64,000 bases of DNA from NCBI RefSeq assembly GCF_009914755.1, contig NC_060944.1; one strand, given 5' to 3'. The notes under the pieces were generated by a model. It saw only the letters and a list, made by a program, of their open reading frames with translations, was not told the DNA's origin and made no database searches. The position numbers were made by a program, and so were the translations under genes. Below, piece by piece: positions 46,258-59,500 of the stretch. This DNA comes from the human T2T-CHM13v2.0 reference genome, Homo sapiens. Position 1 is the stretch's first letter; each line of letters opens with the position of its first letter.

Positions 46258-46425
46258 GGGCACAGTCCATATTCTTATATAAGTAGGAGGGGGAAAGACA
46301 CCCAAATAGACTGAATTCAATGCAGATTGCATAGGTGATCCTTTAAAAACATAAGCCCAGTCACAAAACTACCTTGCTTAAAACTTTCCTTATGCCGTTA
46401 GCATAAAATCCAATCTCTCTCTCTC

Positions 46426-46716
46426 TTTTTTTTTTTTTTTTTTGAGACAGAGTCTTGCTCTGTCACCCAGGCTGGAGTGCAGTGGTGGAATCTCAGCTCA
46501 CTACAGCCTCTGCCTCCTGGGTTCAAGCGATTCTCCTGCTTCAGCCTCCCAAGTAGAGGCATGTGCCACCATGCCCAGCTAATTTTTGTAATTTTTAGTA
46601 GAGACGAGGTTTCACCATGGTGGTCAGGCTGGTCTCAAACTCCTGACTTCAAGTGATCTGCCCGCCTTGGCCTCCTAAAGTGCTGAGCTTACAGGCGTGA
46701 GCCACCACGCCCGGCC
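46426..46716 (-). mobile_element. Alu
   Basis: Antisense Alu; TSD-like AAAATC(C/T)AATCTCT. Confidence 0.92.
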
Positions 46717-47511
46717 ACGCCTAGCCAAAATCTAATCTCTTTACCATGGCACACAAGGCCCATTATGAAACCTCTCCCTCTACCAGGCACTGTACTAGGC
46801 TTGGGGGATACAGTGGTGAACATGACACACACATGTCCTGCTTGCATAGAGCTTGCAATCCAGTAAATGAGGCTGTCAAGAAACAAATAGTCAACCATTA
46901 AGCACAAAATTACAGAATGAGATATATACGTAGTGGAGCAGGTACTTGGAAAAAGAATAATGAGGAGAGAGGTTGATTACCTGGACCAGGGTGAGTTGAA
47001 GAAGCCCTTGTAAGAAAGTGACATTTGAGACCTGAAAGATGAGAGAATTGGATGAGGTATGGTGCTGATGGCCAGGCAGAAGGGGAGAGGATTTGTCATT
47101 CTGAGGAATAAGAATAATTTCTGTATAATTGGAGCCAGTGCAGATGGGATGGGGACCAAAATTATAAATATGAAGGGCATATAAATATAATATAATACAT
47201 AAATATAATTATAAATATAAAGGACAGGGGCTTATGGAAGGAGGTTTAATTTCCTTTGAAGATGGAGCCTTAAGTCCCAGGTGCATTCTGATCTTGTTTA
47301 AGATCAGATGCACTCTGAATGATTCTCTTCCAATTATGGGCAACTTTCTCCTCCAGAAACCTTTTTATATCACCTGGGTAGCAAGGGGATCATCTAGTGA
47401 CCGTTAGACTTCGCATAGATGAGCAGACACAAGCCTAGAGAGGGACATGTGATCACCAATAGTTTCTCAGCCAGTAATAGTTGTACAGCCTTGGAACAAG
47501 TCACTTTTTGA

Positions 47512-47785
47512 GCCAGCACTATCTGATAGAAATTAATGGGAACCACAAATGAGAGCCACATGTGTAATTTAAAACTTTCTACTAACCACATTTAAGAAGT
47601 AAAGAGAAACAGGTAAAATTCATTTTATAATATATGAATTTGACCCAGTATATCCAAAATATCATTTCAACCTGTAATCAATGTAAGTCTTAGAAATCTG
47701 GTGTGTATTTTATTTACACTTATGGCACATCTCACTTCGGAGTAGCCATATCTCAAGCGCTCGGTAGCCATATGTGGCTAGTGAG
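47512..47785. mobile_element. MER33/MER3-like hAT-Charlie MITE (related copies at ~49040-49700 and ~50385-51350, interrupted by Alus)
   Basis: 'agccacatgtgtaatttaaaactttcta...gtagccatatgtggctagtg...tattgga'. Confidence 0.65.
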
Positions 47786-47849
47786 TAAAGTATTGGATGG
47801 TGCAGTTGGGAGCGTCAGTTTCCTTTTCTGTGAAATGAGGATAAATCAC

Positions 47850-48420
47850 TGGAAGCTCGTGAGAGCGCACACGAAACACCCGGCACTCCGCCCTGGACAC
47901 TAGGGACGCGCAATCAAGTTTGGTTTCTTCTGGTCCCTGCTCTCCCCTCCCGCCCCTCCTCTAAGTCTCCGCCCCCTTTCCCCGCCCCCTCAGGCTCCAG
48001 GCGGAAGCAACCCTGTTCCAAATGCAGCGCGCTTTACGGCGGCGCGTCCTTTTACCGCGGTGTGGCCGGCTCGCTTGTCGCTCGCACTTTTGCCCTATTG
48101 GCTCTGCGGCTCCGCTCGCCGCACTTTACGGCAGTGTGGCTGGAGCCGCGGCTGACGGGCCCGCGGTCTGGGCGTGAGTGCAGGGAAGTGGAGTATTTGC
48201 TGGGCCGGGTACCATGGACGTGGGCGAACTTCTGAGCTACCAGGTATGAGGGGCAGGGAGGGCCGAGCGACCGCGTTCTCACCTGGGCAGGGGTCGCAGG
48301 AGCCAGAGCCCTTTCATCTCACCTCCTCTCGCCTCACTCCCGGGCCCTCTAACTTCTCATGCCACCCGGGGTCTCAGCCCCTCGTTTTACTTTGCTCTCC
48401 GAAGCCCTCCTGGGCCCTTT
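47850..48420 (+). promoter_or_regulatory. CTNNBL1: CpG-island, TATA-less promoter and 5' UTR of CTNNBL1
   Basis: Sharp rise in CpG density; several GC boxes (CCGCCC, ~47888-47986); ETS-like CGGAAG at 48002-48007; inverted CCAAT (ATTGG 48097-48101); ATG at 48214. Confidence 0.88.
48214..48243 (+). CDS. CTNNBL1: First coding exon of beta-catenin-like protein 1 (spliceosomal PRP19/CDC5L complex component); encodes MDVGELLSYQ, phase-0 intron follows
   Basis: Strong Kozak context (ggtaccATGG), peptide matches my recollection of the CTNNBL1 N-terminus, canonical donor CAG|GTATGA at 48243/48244, located in a CpG island. Too short to appear in the ORF track. Confidence 0.93.
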
Positions 48421-49294
48421 CGATTCATCCCTTCTCAAGACCTGAGCCCTTCACCTCCTCTTCCTCACCCTGGGGCCTGGTTCCCTGAAACTCCTCTGAA
48501 ACCCCAGACTATCCTTTTTTTCACAACCATGTCCTCTCAGCTCTCATGTCCCCCCAGTCATTGAGGTGATGGTGGTGGCGGCGGTGGGAGTGCACTGGTC
48601 TCACTTGGATTTGATCTCCAGCTTCTCCACTGACTGGCTATGTGGCTTTTGGACAAGTCATTCCCCCCCTCTTTGAACCAAGTTTTTGTATCTATATAGT
48701 GGAGACACTAATAACTGCCTTAGTAGGGTTGTTTGAGGACTGTACCAACTGATATGTATGAAAGCTGGTTTTAAAGTGTGGAAAGCTGTGCTTGTGTTTA
48801 CTGCGATTTGCAGGAGATGTTGGGAATTCTAGCATGGAATGAGTTTCTAGGAATCTTGCTCAGGGTCCCCCTTGCCTAGGAAACTTGTGGGGAAACTGTA
48901 TGGGACCTAGAGAGCAGAAAGGGCTTGTCCAAAGTCACTCAGAAACAAGGAGCTGGAATTTGAGCTCAGGCGTACTGACTTCCACCCCAAAGTTTTTCCC
49001 CCGCTTTGATTCCATAGGAGGGTCATTGCGAGGAGCAGTAGAGCTGCACTGCCGAATGTCGTAGCCACTAGCCACATAGGCTGTTGATTGCTTGAAATGT
49101 GACTAGTCTGAATTGAGAAATACTGTAAGTATAAAGACACATTTGGGTTGGAGACTAGTATGGAAAAAGTGAAATTTTTATATTGATTACATGATCGTAC
49201 TGATTATATCAATTACATTGGTTATTGGTCATATTGATTAAATGATCATATTTTGGATAATGGGTGAAATAAAATATACTTAATTAATTTTTAA

Positions 49295-49590
49295 AATTTT
49301 ATTTTATTGTTATTTAGAGACAGGATCTTGCTCTGTCGCCCATGCTGGAGTGCAGTGGCACAATCATTGCTCACAGTAGCCTTAAACTCCTAGGTCTAAG
49401 GTATCCTCCCAAGTAGCTAGGACTGCAGGCAGGCATCACTATGCTTGGCTGATTTTTAAATTTTTTGTAGAGACAGGGTCTTGCTATGTTGCCCAAGATG
49501 GTCTCAAACTCCTAGCCTCAAGCAGTCTTCCCACTTGGCCTCCCAAAGTGCTGGGATTACAGGTATGAGCCACCACACACCACACTCAGC
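49295..49590 (-). mobile_element. AluJ-like element
   Basis: Diverged antisense Alu. Confidence 0.85.
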
Positions 49591-50515
49591 CAATAAAATA
49601 TGTTTAAAACCAATTTTAACTGCCCCTCTTGACATTTTAATGTGTTTACTAGAAAATTTAAAACAACATATATAGTTCAGCTTATATTTTTGTTAGACAG
49701 CCCTGCAGTCAAGAATAGGTGATTAAGAGCCATGAGTCTGGACCCCTAGGTTGCTGGCAGTCTCTGTTTTGCTACTAACTGGCTGCTGTAACCTTGAACA
49801 AAATACTTAATTTCTCTCTGCCTTGGTTTCTTCATCTGTAAATGGGGGACAGTGACGGTAGCTGCCTCACAGGGCTGTTGTGAAGCTGTTGAGAAATGGA
49901 AAGTCCTTAGACAATGCTTGCCAAAGAGTAAACATTCAGTAAATATTAGCAGTTATTTTCATACCACTCCCTCAGCCAAAGTACAAGAAATTGACCCTGG
50001 ACGCTTAAGACATCATGGGAAAGAACAGTTCAGCAATGGGGAGCTATATAGCCAAGAGATTTTTCTTTTAAAGACAGTTTAATTGATAGTGAAAGATGAA
50101 GGGAAATAGGCAAGTTATTAAATCAGTGATTGTATGCCGGCTTGGAATTTCTAGAATGGCTAGCCCATTAAAGCTAGAAGAGTTTCATTCATTTGCTCAA
50201 CAAATATATATTGAACACCTACTGTGTGCAAGGCAGTCTATCCACTGGGTATACAACACTGAATAAAAGACAAGATTCTTGCTTTTGTGGAGCATCTGGT
50301 GGGAAGTTACAAGATAATAAGTAAACAATGCATTCAGTTTGTGGTAAGTGCTGGGAAGGGAATATAGCAGAGTATGCTATAAAATTGCACTGCTTTGTAT
50401 AGTAGCCACTAGGCACATGTGATTATTGAATACTTAAAATGTGACTAGTTTCGAATTTAGATCTGCTACATGTGCAAAATACACACTGGATTTCAAAGAT
50501 TTAGTATGAAAATAA

Positions 50516-50832
<317 letters not shown>

Positions 50833-50961
50833 ACGTGAAAATAATGTACAGTACCTTAACTTTTATGCTGATTACATGTTGAATAAATGATAACACTTAC
50901 GATATATTGGATTAAAGAAAATATATTATTAAAATTAATGTTGCTTTTTAAAAAACTTTTA

Positions 50962-51392
<431 letters not shown>

Positions 51393-52853
51393 TTACTTTA
51401 TGTAATGTGGTCGAGGAAGGACACAGAGGAATGGGCATTAAAGGACTGAAGGTTGAGAGGGACCCAGTCATGTGAAGGGAGCAGAATGATGGAGGCAGCA
51501 AGAACAGCAAGTATGGACATAGGCTATTGGTAGAAGCTGGTGCAGCCTCATAGGGGACCAGAAAGAGGATCTATGTAGCTGAAACGGGAAGTGAGCAGGG
51601 GAATGGTAAGTGACAAAGCTGAAGATGTAGGCATGTGACAAGACTATGTAGGCCTTCCTTGTGGGCCACGATAAAGACCTTGACTTTGAGAGATACGGTA
51701 GATACCTTCATTCAACCCACTTGTTCATGGATGAAAGTGAACCTTAGTCTGATAAAGGGACTCACCTGAGGTTGTGGGCCAAGATGGTGGCCAGAGTTGA
51801 AACTAGAATCCTGGTCTCCTTATTATTATTTTTTAATGTTTACACATCTTACCACATTTAATCTTAATGGCAGTACTTAATATGTTAATATAGGAACCTT
51901 CATTTTAAAGATGAGGGAATAGGTATAGAGAATAAAAAACGTGTCCAGATTCACACAAGTGAAATGTACCTCAAGGATTCCAATCTAGGTAGCTTTGCTT
52001 CGTGATCATAAACATTTGTTTATTGTGTTATTCCAAAAGTATTTCATTTTGTCAATCTGACCCCTTTCCCCCTCACCAAGAGCAAATATGCCTAGCGCCT
52101 ACAGGTAGATTGGGGTTGCCACAGGCTAATTTTCCTGAACTGCAAAATATTACTTGCCTTCCTTATCCTGGATCTTGGCCTTTACATTTTCTATTGTATC
52201 TGAGGGTTCAATCTAAGAGTTTTAAAATGCAAATATGTTGGTTGCACAATAAGGAACTACAATACTAGAACTCATTTAATTCAGGTTGACAACACTGAAC
52301 TGAACCAGTAACAGGGCTGAAACCTCCTAAGTCTGCTACTGGAGAGCACTTTGATCTCGCCAGCCTAGGGCGGGCATGCTCATGTCCAGCTGGCCAGCCA
52401 GGAGCATCTCCTTCCCCATCGCAGGTTCCCCACTTTGGTTAATTGGCCGGCTAGAACCATTCGAGAGGTGAGAGGCCCACCCGTTAGGCACCAAAAACCA
52501 GCTCTAGGCCTTTGCTCAGCGAAATATCCTCAATTCAAGGCTAAGTTTCAGAACCCAAATTCAGAATCATGGTCTAAGGCTTGGAAAGCAGCACCAGTCC
52601 CAAAATCCACCTCAGGACCTTATTCAGGCCCTGGCTTCCTTACACCACCTGGCCCTTATCTCAGAATCCTGGTCTCCTTATTTCCAACTCTGTACATTCC
52701 CCATGTGTTCTGTTCATTCAGTTTTCTTTTTGTAAGATCCATGTCCACTCTTCCTGTTCCTAAAAGATGGTAAAGGCTGGAATGTAGTTCATAATCAGTT
52801 GCACCCATCCTCTTGCAGAAAGTCATGAGTTTATGGATGCAAAAGTTCTTTGA

Positions 52854-53163
52854 GGCCAAGCGTGGTTGTTCACCCCTGTAATCCCAGCACTTTGGGAGGC
52901 CAAGGCAGGCGGATCTCTTGAGTCCAGGAGTTCCAGACCAGCCTGGGCAACATGGTGAAAACCTGTCTCTACAAAAAGTTTAAAAATCAGCTGGGCATGG
53001 TGGTGTGTGTCTGTGGTCCCAGCTACTTAGGAGGCTGAGGAGGGAGGATTACTTGAGCCTGGGAAGCAGAAGTTACACTGAGCCAAGATCATGCCACTGT
53101 GCTCTAGCCTGGGTGACAGAGCAAGACCCTGTCTCAAAAACAAAAAACAAACAAACAAAAAAA
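52854..53163 (+). mobile_element. AluJ-like element
   Basis: Alu dimer with (CAAA)n tail. Confidence 0.9.
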
Positions 53164-55864
53164 CTCCTTGAAAACAGTAACATTTTATAGACATGAAAGA
53201 TGCTTTACTAACCAGCATGATCTATCTAAATCCTCATAACAACCCTATGAGGAAGGTACTGTTGTTAATCCCTGTTGTACAGATAAGGAAACTGAGGTAC
53301 AGAAAAGAGCACCTACCTTAAGGCATCTAGCTAGGTAGAGGCAAGTCCAGGGTACCCGGGTAGTCTTACTTCATAGTTGGAGCTCCTAACCACTGTGCCA
53401 TACTGCCTGCCTGCTATATGCCAGATGCAGAACCAAAGTGTTTTCAGACAAGTTATCACATTTAATTCTCAACATGCCTTCTGAGGTTGGCAGCATGCCT
53501 GTATTATAGGAAAGGAAACTCAACCTAGGGAGGTCAAGCTGCCTGCCGAAAGCCAGACAACCAGTAAGGAGCAGGGCCAGAACTGAAACCAGCTGAACAC
53601 TCAGAGGTAGTTTTCCATTTTGTTTTCAGATTTGAAAACTTTTTAAAGTTGAAGTATAGTCCACATGTTGAATAATACATACATCTTATGAGCCTTTGGT
53701 TATAGTTATCATTTACAAAGTAGACTCAGTACGACCACTGAAGTTTGCTTCTCAGGGACATAAGGGAACAAAATTGTCTGATTTGAACATCCCCATCCCT
53801 AGAGTTTGATTCAGTCTCCTGTGGGACTTTAGATTCTGCATTTCTAACCAGATCCCAGGTGATGCTGATGCTGTACTTTGTGATCCCCTGGTCTAAAATG
53901 ATCTCCCTTCCTTGAAAAATTTTCCCCAGCTGAGACATTCTCTTCCTCTCTTGTGGGCATTGGTTTGCAGATTTTTGAGCTTAAGTTGTACTTTTTCCCT
54001 GCCATTCAAGATATTGAGAGCAAATCACTTAATCTTCCTGGGCCTCAGTTTCCTCATATGCCTAATGAGTGGATTAAGTACGCGACTCTCTCTGAGGCCC
54101 CTTCTAGCTTTAAAATTCTGTGGTACTAATTATTTAGACCGGGGCTCCAGAGATTTCAAGGGATAAAAACGCTTCATGTGGTAGACTGAGTGGGGCTGAG
54201 AATCTGGGAGATTTGGGTTTTAATCCCACTTTTATCATTACTTATCTGGGTGACTCAGGACAAGTCACTTTCCCTTTCTATACATCATTTTTTTTCAATC
54301 GCTTGTAAAATGAGGAGACTGAGCGATATGACTTCTGGTTCTTTTCATTTCCAAAATTCAGAGACTAAGATGGATGCCGTTTCTAAAATTCAGAGACTAA
54401 GCCAGGAAAAATATCATGCAGTGTCAAGAAATGTTTATTAAAAGTATTTAACATTTTTTGGGTGCTTACTACATTTCATTTTTGGGGCGACTTGGTGGGA
54501 AGATTCCAATTTTCTGCTGAGATTGGTTCTTCTACAAGTAATAGAGATAGGCACTAAGCGCCTCAGTATATGCCGTATATCCTTGACATATGTTAACTAT
54601 TCATTTGAGAAGACAGGAGAATTACAATATGGGCAGGAGGTGGTGGAAAAAGTCTTCAAGAGGGAACCAGTTATGTTCCCAATATGGAAATGTACTTTTT
54701 TGATGCCTTCAGGCTTAGACATCTCATCAAGAAGTGTGCCCAGCAGTGCCTTGGCTGAGAAGTTTCTGCTGGCATAGGCGCATATATGAACTCCAGGGCA
54801 CTCTCATTAAATCTGATTCCACAGATGTCTGGAAAAAGTTCTTACCTCTGAAGTTTTCCAATAAAGAATTCACATTTAGTATGGCTTGTGACATGAGATG
54901 TATTCTTTTTGAGGCAAATTTGAGGCTAAGGGACCCTTGGTTTTGGTGATATTGCAGACACCCACTCCTCTTGTCCTCTATCAGTAATATCTTAGCATAT
55001 CTCTTGGATTGCAGGAGCTTACAGAAATATCTAAACTTGCTCCTTTCCCCCTCCTAGTTTTTTCTTTTGAAATAAAATTTTAAATGATAATAAAGTGATA
55101 GAAATAGTATTAAAGAAAATGCTTGAGAAGAGGAAAACTATTATCCTAATTCAATCAATATTTTTCTGTTCCCACAGTCCTTACGTATTTTGTGAGGCTA
55201 GAACCATTGCATATATACTACTTTATGTTCTATGTTTTTAATTTAACATTGCCAGGAATATTTTCTGTGTTTCTACATCTCCTTCATGTTATTTTTAATA
55301 TTTGCATACTTTTTGCTTGAGTGATAGACCATTTTCCCTAAATTGTTCTTCTACAATTGGATGTTTAGGTGGTTTTCCGGTTTTTGTTCTTGGAGATAAC
55401 ATTGTAGTGAAGTGCTTTGTTCATGTAGCATTTTTTTCCTTCCCATCTGTCATTAGTATTTACCATGTGCCATCTCCTGTGCCAAGTATTGCATGCACTA
55501 AAATTATTATGACATGGACCATGGACATTAAAGAAGAATTCATAATGTAAGGAGCAAGACAGACATTTAGAAAACTAACTCTATGAATAAAAGTATTATG
55601 GGAGCACAATGGAAGGAACGGTTGGATATGGAAAGGGGATATATCGATGGGGATGGATTTGGTTTGGTCATTGAAGAAAAGGGAGATGACACTGGAATCC
55701 TAGCCTTGATGAATGGGTAGGGATTCTGTGGGTGGTAAAGGACACTGGGGACAGTGATTCTTGACTGGCATTATTAAGAGCAAAAGCAGGGTAGTGAAAT
55801 GTTCAGAGCATAGGGTAAATGCAGCAATGGGTAAAAAGCAGGGAGTGGTCGGAGACGATGGGGG

Positions 55865-56064
55865 TCATCTCAGCTGCAGATGTGTGGCGTAATACATCGT
55901 ACGCTCATCTCAGCTGCAGATGTGTGGCGTAATACATCGTACGCTCATCTCAGCTGCAGATGTGTGGCGTAATACATCGTACGCTCATCTCAGCTGCAGA
56001 TGTGTGGCGTAATACATCGTACGCTCATCTCAGCTGCAGATGTGTGGCGTAATACATCGTACGC
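55865..56064. repeat. Perfect tandem array, 5 x 40 bp (TCATCTCAGCTGCAGATGTGTGGCGTAATACATCGTACGC)
   Basis: Five identical units starting at 55865, 55905, 55945, 55985 and 56025; read directly from the sequence. Confidence 0.98.
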
Positions 56065-56138
56065 ACGTGGAATGAATCATTGGTTGTTTTACAGTGCTAA
56101 CAGTATACTGTTTGTGTGTGTTCCAATTTTATTACAAC

Positions 56139-56271
56139 CTTTTTTTAAAAAATAGAATCAGGGCCTCCCTGTGTTGTCCAGGCTGGTCTTGAACTCTTGG
56201 ACTTGAGCTATCCTCCTGCCTCAGTCTCCTAAAGTGCTGGGATTACAAGCGTGAGCCACTGTGGCTGGCCC
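56139..56271 (-). mobile_element. Alu monomer (FLAM-like)
   Basis: Left-arm-only antisense Alu; TSD-like CCA(A/G)TTTTATTACAA. Confidence 0.82.
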
Positions 56272-57875
56272 CAGTTTTATTACAATCTTGATAGTACTAG
56301 TTCATAATTTATTTTTTCCACTAATCTACTAGGTATATTAAATACTAGTTCAAGGTTGCTTTATTAAGCATTATTTTCTTCTTGTGTGAGTTTATCATTT
56401 GTATTATTATGTGCCTCATAAGGTAGTCATTGTAATTTCGTAATTGAGTTTTTCTGTTATATGGGTTTTTTGGTTGTTGTTGTTGTGTGTATAAGAAACA
56501 TTACTGAAAATCTGAAAACTGGTGCTCAGATACATCCTTCATTCTGTGAAGGCCTCATCCCAGTAGCCCTAAGAATATGATTCTAATCATGAAGTCATTT
56601 TATATAGGCTCTTTTTGCATGTCAGTTTAGTACATTTTGAAGTTACTTTTTGTTGGAAGTGTGACTCTAACAGATAAGGAGGACCAGAACAGATACAGAG
56701 CTATTCTCATTGATAACATTTCAGACTGTTTTTCTCTTTCATCTCATGAGTGATTTTTTTCCTTAAGTTCACTTCCTCCCTCTGCGTTCTTCTCATCATC
56801 TCTTTCTTCTGGCCCATTCTTCTCACACTTACAAAACACATTCTATTTATATGCCTCCTTACACACACTTTTTACTAAACTGTAGACTTAGAGGCAAGGA
56901 CCAGCACCTAGCAGAGCATCTCAACTGTAGTTAATGTCTAATACATGGTTGTTTAATGATTGAATGAACTGGGACATGCCTTTGTATATGCCCTGGTTGT
57001 TTCCCCTTCTGGAAAGCTCTTGTTCTACTATCTTGTTAGCTTGTTGGCCTACATCTCTGTGCTTTCATGTCAGACTTCAAGAAAATTGGGTTCACAACTG
57101 ATACTTCAGTTGCTTAATCATTTTCCTCTTCTTTATTATCATATCTTGCCACTCTTGCTACAAAACCTATATTCTTTGCTTTTTAACTTTTTATTTTGAA
57201 TTTTAAACTTAGAAAAAATTATAAAAATAGTAGAGTTTCCGTATATTCCTCATCCAGCTTCCCCTAAAGCTAACATCTCATATAACCATTATGTAAAGAT
57301 CAAAACTAGGGAATTAACATTCGTGTAATACTAGTAACTAAACTGCACACTTAATTCACATGCCATCAGAGATGTCTGGTCATTTTTCTGTTCCAGGTTT
57401 CTATCCAGGATCCCACATAATGTTTGTCATATTTCCTTAGTCTTCCGTTATCTTTCATGTTGAAGAGTACTGGTCAGCTATTTTGTAGAATGTCCAAAAC
57501 CTACATTCTTGAACTTGTCAGTGCTGTCTTTTGCCAAAGATTTTCTTGGGCCTCATTATTCTGGAATCTTCACTAGAATTTGACTCTGTAACTCTCTTCT
57601 TCATCATTTTAGAAGAACTCATTCATTCTTTTCCTTTCAGCATCTTTTTGCAGACAGCTCTTAGTTCACCGTCCCTGATTAACGTTTCGTGTGTGTACTG
57701 AACATTCTGGCCAGATGTTCAGATATCACATAATTCTCTGCTTCCTCCCCTGCCTATCCCCATGGCCAGCTTTGCATTTCAGTCAGGGGTGTTGATGTTC
57801 AGCAGACTTGAAAGGAGCCTTGGAACTATTTCTCAAAGATGAAACGGCTCAAAGATGAAAGACAAGGTTCTTTAC

Positions 57876-58199
<324 letters not shown>

Positions 58200-58512
58200 T
58201 GAGCACAGAGCCTGCCTCTCTCTCAGAGTAAAGAAGGTGTTAGGATATGAAAATGATTAACTCACAGTTTTTGCTCTCCTGGAGCTTGCAGTCTAATGGG
58301 GTATACCCCAGATTTGAAATCCAAGTATAGAGTGTCAGTGCTGTCAGGGCTGTTATGGTGCCATGAACAAGATGTGGTGGCACAAAGACACAAGCAGCTC
58401 TACTGCTGGGAAGTTGGAAAAGGCTTTATGGAGGGAGCGCTGCACCTTCAGGAGTCTTCTCTCCATCCCTTCCTTTCTGTTCCAACCGCCACCACCTTAG
58501 TTTAGACTCTTA

Positions 58513-58848
<336 letters not shown>

Positions 58849-59204
58849 TTACTTTTATCATTGTGGATCTCATATTGGCATGGTGAGATCCAACAGAGGC
58901 CAACAGAGAACACTGTTCTTCAGTCATAGACTTCAGTCCTACCTAGTTCAGCTTCCTTGGAGACAGGTCTTCTTACTAAGTTGCCTTGCTAATTTTGAAG
59001 GTGAATTTGGTGAAGACAGCCATGTCTTTCTGCAGTCTCTCAGTAGTTGTCATTGTTTAAATTGAGGGATTGAATTTATAAGGTTTAACCAATTAGAGAA
59101 GTTTTCGTATATAAAAATGACTTCATTGGAGAATGTGGATGGTTCACAATAGCTTGTCAGCACTGTGGGAGAAAATACTTCAAAGCCTGTTAGGCATCCC
59201 TTAA

Positions 59205-59500
59205 TGTTTAGCTTAGTGCATGAACATGAACTCTGGGTCAGATGGCCTGCATTGGAATCTCAGCTCTGCTACTTGCTAGCTATGTGACCTTGGGTCCATT
59301 AATTAACCTCTTTAAGCCTCAGGTCTTCATCTTTAAAATAGAGATTGTATAATAGTGTCTATCTCTGCCCAACCATCTTTAAAAAAATTTCTGCTTTACC
59401 ATCTTTCTTAAAAATAAAGGATTAAATGAGACAATTTGGATATTGCTAAGTAGTACAGTGCCTGACACATAGTGAGTGCCCAGTAAGTGTTACCCATTAA
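59205..59500 (+). mobile_element. MIR SINE
   Basis: 'gaatctcagctctgctacttgctagctatgtgaccttggg...aacctc...gcctcag...catctttaaaata'. Confidence 0.7.

Noticed and set aside
52372-52387. Possible p53 element GGGCATGCTCATGTCC
   Set aside because: Only one proper RRRCWWGYYY half-site; the second overlaps it and is non-consensus.
54523-54777. ORF containing 'GTKR', reminiscent of CTNNBL1 exon 2 (NRGTKRPR)
   Set aside because: Only four residues match and the rest is unrelated; chance.
55865-56064. CRISPR array interpretation of the 40-bp repeats
   Set aside because: Units abut directly with no unique spacers, there are no cas genes, and the context is a primate intron.
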